A DNA stretch of 64,000 nt from an uncultured Nitrososphaeraceae archaeon (GTDB lineage Archaea; Thermoproteota; Nitrososphaeria; Nitrososphaerales; Nitrososphaeraceae). The position numbers and the translations under genes were made by a program. Below the pieces are notes generated by a model. That model ran no database searches. It was not told the DNA's origin and saw nothing but the letters and a program-made list of their open reading frames with translations. The first letter of the stretch is position 1. The number at the start of each line of letters is the position of its first letter. The stretch covers positions 160,001 to 224,000 of the forward strand of contig CAWGVG010000021.1 in assembly GCA_963825865.1 (NCBI GenBank), written 5' to 3'. Below are positions 46,227 to 57,781 of the stretch, piece by piece.

Positions 46227-46409
46227 TCATACATTGTCTTCAGCTGTAGGTGCGTCTGCAGTAGTAGTAGGAGAAGTTAGCCTTACGATCTCTGCCTTAT
46301 GGAGTTCAGGATCCTTGAACTTGCAGTGCTGCTCTACGGAACTTAGATCGATGAGTGGCCGATCCTTTGGATGCATCTTGCAGTAATACCATACTAGGCC
46401 ATATTCCAC
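46227..46409 (-). pseudogene. Zn-finger C-terminal fragment
   Basis: YYCKMHP...SSVEQHCKFKDPELHKAEI. Confidence 0.45.
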
Positions 46410-46438
46410 CTTCGAACCAAGTTGTCAAATTGTAAATC

Positions 46439-46756
46439 TCAGAATTTTTGAATGATTTGATGTCTAAAGTATAACATATTACACATATTATACATTAATC
46501 GTTCATAGTCAAGGTTTTTCGATTCGGCTAATGCTTCAGAGAAATTCCAAGAATTCATTGCTAATTGATTATAATATGGCGTAGCTTTCGATGTAGCATC
46601 AATTTTCTGCTTTGATTGTTCGACAAATTCTTCCCTCCTTTTGAAAACCCAATCGCGAAATGATTCAATCAAAACCACAGCAAGACCTGTTGATGCAATA
46701 GCTCCTAGAACTCCTACAAATAATTGCCAAGCAGTGATTACACCCGATTCTGCCAT
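46439..46756 (-). CDS. membrane-anchored hypothetical protein, probably truncated
   Basis: N-terminal TM helix WQLFVGVLGAIASTGLAVVLI. Confidence 0.45.
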   Translation of the reverse strand: MAESGVITAWQLFVGVLGAIASTGLAVVLIESFRDWVFKRREEFVEQSKQKIDATSKATPYYNQLAMNSWNFSEALAESKNLDYERLMYNMCNMLYFRHQIIQKF

Positions 46757-48088
46757 CTGGCCTGATGAACATTACTGTCAGAGATTTATAGACATCTTCA
46801 GCTATAGCTTTTCGTCCGACGATATGATACAGTTTAGAAAATTACTTTATCAGACGTTAATGCGACAGAACCTCAAATAATAATAATAATAATGATAATA
46901 GTGGCCTTGTTGTTCTTCCATCATCAAATGATCGTAAAGAGATCTATGATGCAGAAAATCCACCACTAGATGACATTGATAAAAGCAGTTATGTATATGG
47001 TCTATGGTGTATGAAATACAACCCGCTACATAATCACGGGTGTGAATGTGAATTTAAGTTTTAGTCTGCAGTTATATTATTACCATTGTCATAGTTAAGT
47101 ATGAACCATTCTCTAGTTTGTACATTACAAGATACATCACCCCATTTTTTAAGCGATTAAGTTGATTATCTAGTAGAGATACAAACTATACTGAGGATAT
47201 TTTTCTTTAGCACGTTGTGTTATATCCGCAATCCTTCCATGTCCACCTATATCTTTCATAACCTGCAAAACTTTCGATTGTGACATTTATTATATTATTA
47301 TTCAGGATATATTATAAAAAAAGCTATATCCATCTTGTTTTGATACAGAATTATTTGGCTTTAATCGAGCAAGATCAGCCTAAACAAGAACAGACACAAC
47401 AACAAGAACAGATAAAACCAAAAGAGAATAGTAAACCAGAGCAACCTTTTATCGTGGCCTAGCATGTTTCGATACATTGTGGGAAGCGGTGCAGTACCAA
47501 AGGAAGTATGAAGATAGATTAATTAAAAGTCATCTGCGAGAGAATAAAGGTCATCATAATAATAATAAAAGTGGCCGTGCGCATAATGAGGTGAAGCTTT
47601 TTGTGGAACATTCGATTCCTTCCATGTATCAATACAAGTCATTAGGTGGATAAATAGATAATTATATAAATATCCAACTCTTTGTTAAGCATACTTTTTG
47701 AATAGGCTTAACTCCAGCTAACCAAATTTGATCACAAATATAATAACTCAATATCTATTCAACTTATATAGTACACAAGTCTGAGCACACAGTTTTGGTA
47801 TGACCGGCGAATGCATCTGCACCATTGTTCGTTTCATTCAGATTATAAAATTTCATATTCCTGGTTGATATCAGTATAACAGTGCTTACCAAATAATTTA
47901 CTACAACACATATCCAGAGATTATCACTAACGTGGGAATGTTACAGCTTCTTTAGAATGGTAGGTGTGGCTGGATAGTTTCTTTTTTAGTGGTAATAATG
48001 ATATTAACAATAATGGGTATATATTATGGAGGCAGACTCTTTGCATTGTCAATGTTTTTAGGGTACGTCGTATATCAGATATTTTACT

Positions 48089-49204
48089 ATGACCATGCCC
48101 AAAGGTTTCAAGCCAAAAGTTAACAAAAAAGAAAAAGGAGAAAAGTCTAAAAGTGTTACAGCTAAAGAAGATAATAATAACAATATAGATTCAAATGACA
48201 TTAAAGTCACCGCAGCAACAGCTGATGATTTTATGAATAAACAAGAAAATAAAATAATAACTGATAATATCTCTCCCAATCAAGAAGTAACTGTAGACGA
48301 TATAAGAGTCGATGAAGATGCCGCTATTATTACTGCTGTTACCACTACCCCTACACAGGAAGGAGAAGTTCAATCAGAAACTGAATTAAAAGTACCGCTA
48401 CAAGAAAAAGAAAAAGAAGTTCAATCAGAAACTGAATTAAAAGTAATGTCTTCTCCCTCATCCTCCGCTTTTGCAGAAGCAACTGATCCACCTACGATGT
48501 CATCATCAACAAAACCGATAGAAGATTATCCAGAGAACAAAGAGGAAAAGGAGAAAGAACAAATGCAAAATATAACAGCTAATAGAGTATTAGATGAGGC
48601 GAAAGATAACCTTAGAAGGTGTATAGATGAAGCAAGAAAAGAGGTTCCACGATATACCCAAGCAGTTAATGACTATCAAGAACAAACAATTCAAGCTGTT
48701 AATGAAATAGCAGACAATTATATAGAATCACAAAAGGAGATTATTAATTCACTTCAATCAACCTGGTGGATCCCATATGTAGAAAACATATATGAAGTAT
48801 ATAGCAATTGGCTGGCTCCGAGAAGAGTGGCTGAAATGTATATTAATACGGTTAGCAACTTCGCTGGCAATATAATCGCAGTAACTAGATTAGCAAATAA
48901 TATGATGTTTGCAAACATGGAAGCATTTAAGACTTCAATGCAGCAAGCAAAAGACAATGCAAAGGAATTGTCTAGAATAGGTGTAAATGCTGCAAGATCC
49001 TTTGAACAAACATCATCATCATCATCATCAACACATCAAGAGATACTACTATTACAACAACAACTAACTCCCCACCATAGAAGAAGAATAGAAGTAATTG
49101 CAATTGCAAGAGAAATCACAATGATATTCATGCACTGGTCAGCTCAAGGCGATCTCAATACTATAATAAACAAGATTAAGGCTGTGTTAGCACAGGCTAA
49201 ATGA
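48089..49204 (+). CDS. low-complexity N-terminus plus amphipathic helical (phasin-like) domain
   Basis: LDEAKDNLRRCIDEARKEVPRYTQAVNDYQEQTIQ...NNMMFANMEAFK; internal repeat EVQSETELKV twice. Confidence 0.6.
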   Translation: MTMPKGFKPKVNKKEKGEKSKSVTAKEDNNNNIDSNDIKVTAATADDFMNKQENKIITDNISPNQEVTVDDIRVDEDAAIITAVTTTPTQEGEVQSETELKVPLQEKEKEVQSETELKVMSSPSSSAFAEATDPPTMSSSTKPIEDYPENKEEKEKEQMQNITANRVLDEAKDNLRRCIDEARKEVPRYTQAVNDYQEQTIQAVNEIADNYIESQKEIINSLQSTWWIPYVENIYEVYSNWLAPRRVAEMYINTVSNFAGNIIAVTRLANNMMFANMEAFKTSMQQAKDNAKELSRIGVNAARSFEQTSSSSSSTHQEILLLQQQLTPHHRRRIEVIAIAREITMIFMHWSAQGDLNTIINKIKAVLAQAK

Positions 49205-49342
49205 GAATATAATGTGTATAAAAAAACTACAAATTGCAATTTTCTCTTCCCCATTCTTTTTCTACCAATCCGTGATCATAGTTTTTTTCATATAATCATA
49301 AAAGTTCAAAACCTATTAAAGCAATAAAGACTCTCTACAGCA

Positions 49343-49489
49343 ATGTCATATCAGTGTCCTGTCTGCGGCGATGATTTAATGGAATACGCAGTTTTTAGCG
49401 AGTTTCGTGATAGTAATGGGTGGTATTGTAATCGTTGTAGGAAATTCTATAGTACAAAAAAAATTAAGAGAATAATATCCAGTGTTTAA
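49343..49489 (+). CDS. 48-aa Zn-ribbon microprotein
   Basis: MSYQCPVCGDDL...GWYCNRCRKFY; below the ORF-track length cutoff. Confidence 0.6.
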   Translation: MSYQCPVCGDDLMEYAVFSEFRDSNGWYCNRCRKFYSTKKIKRIISSV

Positions 49490-50258
49490 AATGTTAGTAT
49501 TAATATTCGCTTTCTTCATTTCTAGCAGGTAATATAAGACCTACTTAGAAATGGAAAGTCGTTTGAAGAAAGATCTGCGGTAACAGCAATAACTCATTCA
49601 AAAGGCCCTTTGTTAAATAATAGCTCTGCTTCCATTTCCATTTCTTTTAATAGAAATAACAGTCTAATGGTTGGAACAACAATATATCACTTTAAAGAAA
49701 TTGTGGTCAAGTATATCCATGAGCATAATACTACGAAAAAATTATTAACAAAAGAAATTGGTAAAATTTAATATATTACCGATAAAGTAACTAATTTCCA
49801 AGACACTATACACTATATATAACCTGCAAACCTAATAGCATTATCAACCACTGTAACATTTGTAAGAAAATTAACTTCATTGAATAACATTCTGTAGATA
49901 ATGGCAAGGCTTGTTTCTCTTCTCTTTTTATCTTCAGTGGTTTTGTGCAATAGTCCATGCTTCTTTCAGTATTCTATGAAAAAACTAACCAAAACATTTC
50001 TCAACTTCAAATACATCAGAAACATCAAACAACTAATTTCACCATTTTATTGTTTGATTCGGTGATCTTTAATTTTTGAAACTAAAAAAAAGCGTGATAT
50101 TATCATAGGGTTTTCTTATTTACATTTTCATTATCCTTATTCTGTATTGATTACACAAGATCATCATTAGATTAACTAATTTGGCTAGAGCCAGGAGTAT
50201 CAGCACCATCACAAAGTTGTAAATAGATTCAAGTCAGTAAAATGTACATATATCAAGA

Positions 50259-50519
50259 TTATGTTAACTTCTTCCGCTCAATGATGTTTCTAGTCAAATC
50301 TCTTGCACTTAGCAACCTTTTAGACTCGAAACCGCAAAAGCAACAGAAATAATAGACCGAGCAATGCATGAAATCAATTTCAGAAGCACAGGATGTTAAA
50401 TCTGGAACAAGCGCGGCCTGTTTTATACTGTGCTTTTTGCAGTGCGGACAAACAAAGCCGTGTCTTACAATCAATCTGCTCATTTTAGCAAATATGTCAT
50501 AGTCCTTGTTCGAAAACAT
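50259..50519 (-). CDS. small Zn-ribbon protein
   Basis: CPHC...CCFCG. Confidence 0.5.
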   Translation of the reverse strand: MFSNKDYDIFAKMSRLIVRHGFVCPHCKKHSIKQAALVPDLTSCASEIDFMHCSVYYFCCFCGFESKRLLSARDLTRNIIERKKLT

Positions 50520-50859
50520 TAGGTTACATTCCCATCTTCAAAACCAGCAGAATATACTATTATTACTTTGTTGTAGATAATATACAGTTCTTAATCTATT
50601 ATAATATACGTTGTCTACAATTATAGTATAAAAAAAGGAAACGATATCACTGCTAAGAGCATAATTTCAAAGCTTATGAAGTTGCAGAGATGAACAAGAC
50701 GTAGACACGAAAATTCAGACTTTTATATCATACAAATTCAATACTTCCAATACTTCCTAAATCGCAAAAGCTAAAGATACCATCATTACTTACGGATGGT
50801 GTTATTACACTTCTTTTTCTTCTTATCCTGTTTTTATTGAGATTAGGGTTAGACCTTCT

Positions 50860-51216
50860 TCATGCTTTAATATCAGTAGTAGCTATCGTAATTTCTAAAG
50901 TAACCTTATTTCCTATTTTTATACCAAGTTCTTCATATTCTCTTGTATTCATCTTAAAGGTGGTTGATTCTGGTGATACATTATTCCTACTGCCACCAAA
51001 CGCACGTTCTATTGCATCAGATATTTTCTTTGGTAAATTCTTCAAATCGTCTAATGAAGTAATAGGTATGGATGCTACTCCAAAAGGATTTTCTGGGAAT
51101 CCTTGTTGCCTTCTAGTGGGAGTAAAATTACCTCTAGTATCAGTCAATACAACATAAACATAAGGACTGCCATCTTGAGAAGTATCAATTTTCGAGACGA
51201 TAAACTCTTTTTTCAT
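50860..51216 (-). CDS. conserved thaumarchaeal hypothetical protein
   Basis: EFIVSKID..DGSPYVYV...FKMNTREYEELGIKIGNKV. Confidence 0.65.
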   Translation of the reverse strand: MKKEFIVSKIDTSQDGSPYVYVVLTDTRGNFTPTRRQQGFPENPFGVASIPITSLDDLKNLPKKISDAIERAFGGSRNNVSPESTTFKMNTREYEELGIKIGNKVTLEITIATTDIKA

Positions 51217-51928
51217 AATATACGATGATTTACTCAGTTACACAAATATAGACCTAGTCCTTCTATTTATTTGATCTTTAAGCCTCTTCCAGCATCTACT
51301 TCTTTAGAAAAGATTCTCATAACCATTGTTGCTGATTAATTTGTATATCTTCAAATATTGTTTGCATATTTCATTCATTCATTTTCTCTTTACTTTTAAT
51401 AAACTCCTTGTATACCACATTCATCCTTTCGGTGATTTTACTAGATCATTGTATAACCCGTTATACCTTTGTATATTTTAAATATAATCTCGGCATAGAT
51501 GGATTAATCCTTTCAAAATATGCTTAAAAATTCACGATATATGTCACAAATCCATGTTATTTGACAATAATGTAATGCCAATGGCTACACTTGTGGATTA
51601 GGTCTATTAGATTGGACTGAGATGGTTTCGTAGAACAAATCCAGAACAACAACAACGTCGTGATGCAATAAATCGGACGTTCAGAAATATCTAATCCTAT
51701 TGCTTCCAATTCTGTTCCTTTGTAGTATCGTTACCAATAGTCGGTGGCATCACCCAATGGTCTATTATTTTTTGAATTTGATTTCTGTTGTATTTGTAGA
51801 AAATAGATAATAAAATATATACAATATCCATATTACCTTCTATCAAATAAATAAATTTTATTTAAAATAAGTTAGTTCAAATCTTAAATAGTATGGTACG
51901 TAATAACTCTTTTGTATATCAATAAAAA

Positions 51929-52966
51929 TTGGACGATTCTAATACCTCAAAAGAGGCTACTAATAACAATGAGGATTTAAAGCATTCAACACGAGCTAAA
52001 TCTTATGCTAATTTAATAAATGAAGGCATACTGGAAGGTCAAAAGATTGCCAAAGTTTCTATTGTAACTCTAATAAGTATAGGTATTGTGGAACTTCTAA
52101 TTGGACATGTAAGTGGTAGTGTGGTTGCTACTGCAGATGGAATAGATTCATTATCTGACGCCATGATATCGTTTATCGTATTATTAGGACTGCGAATTGC
52201 ACACAGACCCGCCGATAAGACATTCCATTTTGGTTACCATAAAGTAGAGAGCTTTGCAGCATTGATGGCTGCTATAGGGATGGTGATAATAGGATCTGTT
52301 ATCCTTTATCATTCTTACCAGGTATTAACACATCCAAGGGAAATTCAGCAGCCAATTTTAACTATGATAGTATTAGCGGCTGCTGGTGCAGTATCATTAC
52401 ATAGAGCATTTCAGATGAGAAAAATTGCAAATAAATACGATATACTTTCACTAAAGACAGATGCCAAGAACTCAATAAAAGATGGTTCAGCTTCAGTTAT
52501 TGGTTTCTTTAGTGTATTAGTCGCTTCACAATTTGGCTTTCTACAAGCTGATGCTATAGGTGGTATTATAATTGCGGGATATATTTTCTCAGTCTCATAT
52601 GTTTCACTTAAACGATCTTCTCTTATCCTAGTAGATTCTTGGCAAAATCCAGAAGCTACAGATATTGTTAGGAAAAGCATTGAGGGGAAGTTTGGCTATG
52701 TACAGATTAAAGTTAGATCAGTCCTATTACGTCCTACAGGGATAGTATCTCAAGCGGAAGTCCATATAGAAGTAGATGGTAGCAAACCATTAACAGATGT
52801 AGAATTGTTGTCTTCAGAGATAGAGATGGAAATTCGCTCTAAGATTCCAACCATACAGAGAGTTTCAGTTGTTCCTCACTCCCTCAAAACATCATCATTA
52901 CCATCATCATTACCAAAATCTACCCCATGGAGAAAGTGGAGCGGTATCTTTATTAATAAAAAATAA
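51929..52966 (+). CDS. cation diffusion facilitator (FieF-like) transporter
   Basis: SVVATADGIDSLSD, RPADKTFHFGYHKVES, AEVHIEVD. Confidence 0.93.
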   Translation: MDDSNTSKEATNNNEDLKHSTRAKSYANLINEGILEGQKIAKVSIVTLISIGIVELLIGHVSGSVVATADGIDSLSDAMISFIVLLGLRIAHRPADKTFHFGYHKVESFAALMAAIGMVIIGSVILYHSYQVLTHPREIQQPILTMIVLAAAGAVSLHRAFQMRKIANKYDILSLKTDAKNSIKDGSASVIGFFSVLVASQFGFLQADAIGGIIIAGYIFSVSYVSLKRSSLILVDSWQNPEATDIVRKSIEGKFGYVQIKVRSVLLRPTGIVSQAEVHIEVDGSKPLTDVELLSSEIEMEIRSKIPTIQRVSVVPHSLKTSSLPSSLPKSTPWRKWSGIFINKK

Positions 52967-53388
52967 GAAACATGTTAGAACGGTGTTGTTATTAGAACCA
53001 TTATTTTCCTTTGTATTATTGTCATCATCTTGTCAGTTCTTATAACCAAAGTCATAATTAGTATTTTGATATAAATGGTAAGAAATGGAGTATACAGGAA
53101 GAGCAACCTTTGAACCAGGATGGAGTTGGTAAAAATGTGTAAAGCCAGTAGTCAAAACCAATAGATGCAATGCTCCAGCAGATAGACATTATCTTACACA
53201 TTATAATCAAAGCTGCTCAAATGTAAAGTTGCTCGTCAGGTCAAATGGACGAAAGATTGGGTTCGTTATGGCATATACTGGTTATTTAAAGACAAATCAA
53301 CTAACAATTCTTACTTAATCCTCAACGCATTGAGCTTGATAATGATTATCCTGAGAAATTTATTAAATATAGTAGATGTATAATAATA

Positions 53389-53772
53389 ATGATGGATTTC
53401 AAAAAAATAGATTACAAAAAGCTGTATGATGATATTATTAATGCCGATCCAAAGATTAGGTTAATTACTATATGCGATTTGAATGGTAGAGTGATGTACT
53501 CAGAACACCGAGAAGGTGTAACAAATCTACTGACACCAGAAGAAAGCAAACAGTCACTTGAACTAGCTGTAAATTCATGGAAAATACGCAGCAAACTTGC
53601 ACCAAAGATTGGAAAAGGAAAATATGTTTTGGTAGAATATGAAAAGATTAAACGTATCACTATGCCCTTAAAAGATGACCATCTCCTCTATATAACTACA
53701 GAAGTAGAAGCTGATCATTCAAATATTATTCATAGGATTGATGAGCTAGTAATACGAAAGTTGCTGCTTTGA
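53389..53772 (+). CDS. DUF6659-like (roadblock/longin-like) thaumarchaeal protein
   Basis: DPKIRLITICDLNG...REGVTNLL...IGKGKYVLVEYEKIKRITMP. Confidence 0.7.
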   Translation: MMDFKKIDYKKLYDDIINADPKIRLITICDLNGRVMYSEHREGVTNLLTPEESKQSLELAVNSWKIRSKLAPKIGKGKYVLVEYEKIKRITMPLKDDHLLYITTEVEADHSNIIHRIDELVIRKLLL

Positions 53773-53949
53773 AACTTGCAAATATGTTTAAACAAAAGTT
53801 AAGGTGAGATTCTGTTGCTAACAACATTATAGATTATATAAGAATATAACAGGTGATCCTAAAATGGTCTTCGCTGATTAGTAAAATGTGATTTAACTCC
53901 ACCGTAACAAGGTCTATTTTATCAAAAATAGAATCACTTGGTTATATCA

Positions 53950-54258
53950 TTAACCAAGTCCCTTTAGGTACCCATCTTGTTCTAACTTATCTGCATGAGC
54001 TGCAATATATCGCCATACAATATCGGCCTTATCAGACTGGAAGTCCCATGGAGCAATTAATACTAAATCGTTATCTCTGATCCACATTCTTCGTTTAATC
54101 TTTCCACGAATGCGGCATGTCCTTATCTTACCATCGGTACACTTTACAATTATATTATCACCCCCTACGAGTTTGATAACACGGCCAAGCAATTCGCCTT
54201 TCTGTGGCATGACCAATTCTTTTAGTGCCACTTCGCTCAATACTTTTCTTTTGCCTAA
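53950..54258 (-). CDS. eif1a: translation initiation factor aIF-1A
   Basis: GRVIKLVGG..VKCTDG..CRIRGKIKRRMWIR..DLVLIAPWDFQ; frame open to (L)GKRKVLSE at 54258. Confidence 0.95.
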   Translation of the reverse strand, partial: LGKRKVLSEVALKELVMPQKGELLGRVIKLVGGDNIIVKCTDGKIRTCRIRGKIKRRMWIRDNDLVLIAPWDFQSDKADIVWRYIAAHADKLEQDGYLKGLG

Positions 54259-54555
54259 ATTTAAAACCTATGACGTTATCATTCATACAGAGATAAAAAT
54301 GTAAGGAATTCTAGATAAAGAAAGTCAAAATAATATAGACTATATGACAAACATTGAGAAATTAAGATGTAAAAGATACATAGCATCATCATTGAATTAG
54401 TCCTAACATCAGGCATGTTATAAAAATGGAGAGGAGAACATCTATTACAGAAGTAACAGTTTTCCAAGTCATAAACTAGTCTGTAATGAAATTTGATTCA
54501 ACAGATAGATCCATCCATAATTGCATTGATTATTCTATATCCGCTAATTATTAGA

Positions 54556-55586
54556 TGTTGTATTTACAAACATAGGTAACAATATAGCTTACAGACATAG
54601 GTAACACTTCTGCTAGGAAGTGGAAATCTCTATAGAAATTAGAACAAAATTCAATCTCATTCATGAACATGAATGGACTGGTAATAGTATTAGCGATATT
54701 TGCAATAAATACGAAATATCTAGGAAGACATATTACAAGTGGAAAAATAGATACATAGAGCACGGAATAGACGGGTTGAAAGACCTATCTAGAAGGCCTC
54801 ATAGCATCAAAACCAAAGTATCTAAAGAAATAGAAGAAACAATACTTGATTTAAGATTAAAGACCTTTGGTACTAGTAGAATCAGGTTCAGATTAAAAAG
54901 ACTTGGAGTATCATTGAGCAGTAGAACCATATACAAGACATTGAAAAAACATACTCTCAACGTTCTAAACTGTAAGGTAAAGAATAATAGAAAGTATAAG
55001 CGATTTGCAATGAAACATCCAAATGACATGCTTCAAATGGATATACTTGGACCATTTTACGTACGCTGTTCTAGCACAAGAAATTACATGATAAGACTGT
55101 ATAGATGACTGTTCAAGAAAAGTTGCTAGCAAGTGGTCTGAAAGAAAGAGGAGCATTGATGTTTTGAATGTACCTAGAGGAGTGGATTATGGATAACGGA
55201 AAGCCCAGGAAAGTTATGCATGACAACGGTAAGCAGTTTACATCTAAACTATTCAAACACTTTCTATATAAGAATAACATAAAGGATAAACCAATTCCAA
55301 ATTCATATCCACAGTTACAAGGAAAGATAGAAGCATATAACAAGATTGTAAAGAATGAGTTCTTGACAGTTGAAGAAATAACAAGTATTGATGATGGAAA
55401 ACTAAGGTATGATATGTTTGTCAAAGCATATAATGAAACTAGGGAACATGGTGGAATAAATGGTCTTACTCCTTCTGAAAGGTTTGTACAAAGGTTAATT
55501 AAATCTAAGACATATACAAAAAGGAAGCAAGAAAGTGTAACCTATGTAGGTAATCAAAATTGTTACCCATCTGTGTAAGTACAACA
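54556..55586 (+). mobile_element. IS481-family element, TSD ATTAGA; transposase frameshifted
   Basis: TGTTGTATTTACA...TGTAAGTACAACA; ATTAGA at 54550-54555 and 55587-55592; ORFs 54620-55108 and 55168-55578. Confidence 0.92.
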
Positions 55587-55666
55587 ATTAGATACAAAAA
55601 AAGCAATACAATACTTACAAGAATATATTATTATTATTATTATCAATTCCCAGAAACAAATAAAAA

Positions 55667-55939
55667 TTATTTTTGTTGTTTAGTTTCTTTTTTGGCCTTT
55701 CTTGAACTTTCTTTTGATTTTGTTCTTGTCTCTAGTGTTTTTGCAATTGGTTTTAATTGTTCAATGTTTTCAGAGTAGGAGGTTTTTCTCAATACATCAA
55801 CTTGTATTCCATGGGTTCTTGCAAGGTCAATGTTATCGAATCCTGCCTGTTTTAATTCGCCTTTTGAATAGCCTCTACCATTTCTGATTAATTCCCTACC
55901 TCTACGCTGTTGTTTTACAATCGGTTTCTTTACATTCAT
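55667..55939 (-). CDS. rpl13e: 50S ribosomal protein L13e
   Basis: PIVK...RNGRGYSKGELKQAG...ARTHGIQVDVLRKT..ENIEQL. Confidence 0.88.
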   Translation of the reverse strand: MNVKKPIVKQQRRGRELIRNGRGYSKGELKQAGFDNIDLARTHGIQVDVLRKTSYSENIEQLKPIAKTLETRTKSKESSRKAKKETKQQK

Positions 55940-56133
55940 TTATGAATCATAAATATGATCTGCCGTTAAAAATGTTTTATCAGCTAAAAACTAGGTGACA
56001 CCATGTTACATGGTCCCAAGGTATAATATTTATCATCTTTCTGTTAGCAAAAAGATCCTTTTGAGAAACTACCTTTCTGTGAAAGAATCCTTTTATATAA
56101 TAACCCATACAATTTATACTGGCAGCAATTAGA

Positions 56134-56553
56134 ATGCTATTACCTTCCGAAATTGAGGCTAAATCGTTAATTCCAGCCATTAGAGCGATTCTAGCAAGAA
56201 AACTTATCAACGAATACGATCTCAAGGAAGAAGTTGTAGCCAAAGTACTTGGTATTACTCAAGCAGCTGTAAGCAACTACATAAGAGGCACCAGGGGTGA
56301 CATCGAACTGATCTCAAAGCTTGGCTCGATATATGAAGTAATGCGCATGATTGATGACATTGCAACAGATCTTGCCTCAAACAAAGCATACACACCAAGC
56401 ACCATGGCCAAGTTTTTCCAGTTGTGTAACTATATGCGCTATACATTCATTATCTGTGACGTTCATCGTAGTATAGAATCCCATATAGACGAAAAGGTAT
56501 GTGAACAATGTGAAGTCATTTTAAAGGATGGGCGATATAAACTGCAATTTTAA
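56134..56553 (+). CDS. HTH transcriptional regulator (COG2522-like)
   Basis: PSEIEAKSLIPAIRAILA...VAKVLGITQAAVSNYIRGTRG; C-terminal C/H residues. Confidence 0.88.
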   Translation: MLLPSEIEAKSLIPAIRAILARKLINEYDLKEEVVAKVLGITQAAVSNYIRGTRGDIELISKLGSIYEVMRMIDDIATDLASNKAYTPSTMAKFFQLCNYMRYTFIICDVHRSIESHIDEKVCEQCEVILKDGRYKLQF

Positions 56554-56854
56554 AGATAACAGTTACCTCTATATATATGTATATACTATTTATCAGAGTA
56601 TTGTGACAGCAGTTCTATTATTAATAGGGCCAAATGTTTCACTCCAGAAAATTTGATTCAATTTTACTATCAAACAACCAGATCTTATGTTTTAATAAAT
56701 TGACTGAGATGTTGTTCTCTAAAATATTCTTAAATAAAATATGCTAATGCTCTTTTTTTCAATCTTTATTTTAGGTCTAAGTTGGAATGTAAAATCTGTG
56801 AACAAAAACTATATGGACTACATACCCTATAATATTCATAGCATATATGTATCT

Positions 56855-57781
56855 ATGAGTATATGGAATCACCATAGTCCTGATTATTTATTAGTGGAAC
56901 GGCTACTCTTAAGATTGGCCAAAAAATGGGCTGCAGGTGATGATATGGAAGACGCACTTATGGCGGCTAAAAGTTGCAATATGAAAGGGCAAAAAGCAAT
57001 TTTGAATTGTCTTGGTGAAGATTATACCGAGGAAGAAAGGATAAATCAAACTATCAAAGAATATTCCATGCTATTAGAAAGATTATATTTGAGGAAAGTT
57101 GAAGGATGCATATCCATTAAACCTTCACAACTTGGGATTATCCATTAGCTATGATTTATGTTTGAAAAACTTGAAAGCTCTTGCTCAAAAGAGCAAGAGA
57201 GTTTCGCAGGTTCATCTGGATCGATATGGAATCTTCCAAATACACTGATGATACATTAGTAATTTATCTTGAACTTATCAATTATCACCAGGAATATAGG
57301 AGTGGTTCTTCAATCTACACTCAGACGTAGTGCAAGTGATCTTTTACATTTGGTTGAAGTAGGAGGTAAAGTAAGGTTAGTCAAAGGAGCATACCAAGAA
57401 AATGAACAAATTGCATTTCATTCCAATGACAAGATTAATGCAAATTACATAAAATTATTAGAAATGCTATTTACGCATCATCATTTAAAGAATAAAGAAG
57501 TTGATAATAATACCCTTATGTTTGCTATTGCAACGCATGATTCCCAACTAATTGAATATACAATCGAATTATGGAAAAACTCCAAAATTGGTATAAAAAA
57601 TTTTGAATTTCAATTTCTAAGAGGTATTCGTGATGAATTGAGGAAGGATTTAGTTGAAAAGGGATTTAGAATTGCAGAATATATACCCTATGGCAGTGAA
57701 TGGCTCCATTATTCAATTAGGAGATTAAGAGAAAGAAAGAGAAACATATTCTTATTGGCTCGCTCCTTAGTTCAATCATGA
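56855..57781 (+). CDS. proline dehydrogenase (frameshifted)
   Basis: WAAG, LGED, ISIKPSQLG, WIDME, VRLVKGAY, IATHD, EFQFLRGIR, YIPYG..W..YSIRRLRE. Confidence 0.9.

Noticed and set aside
49490-50060. Decayed membrane-protein gene on the minus strand
   Set aside because: Only short hydrophobic fragments; no family can be assigned.
54570-54610. ACATAGGTAACA repeats as a novel repeat family
   Set aside because: They are subterminal repeats present in all IS481 copies, presumably transposase-binding sites.
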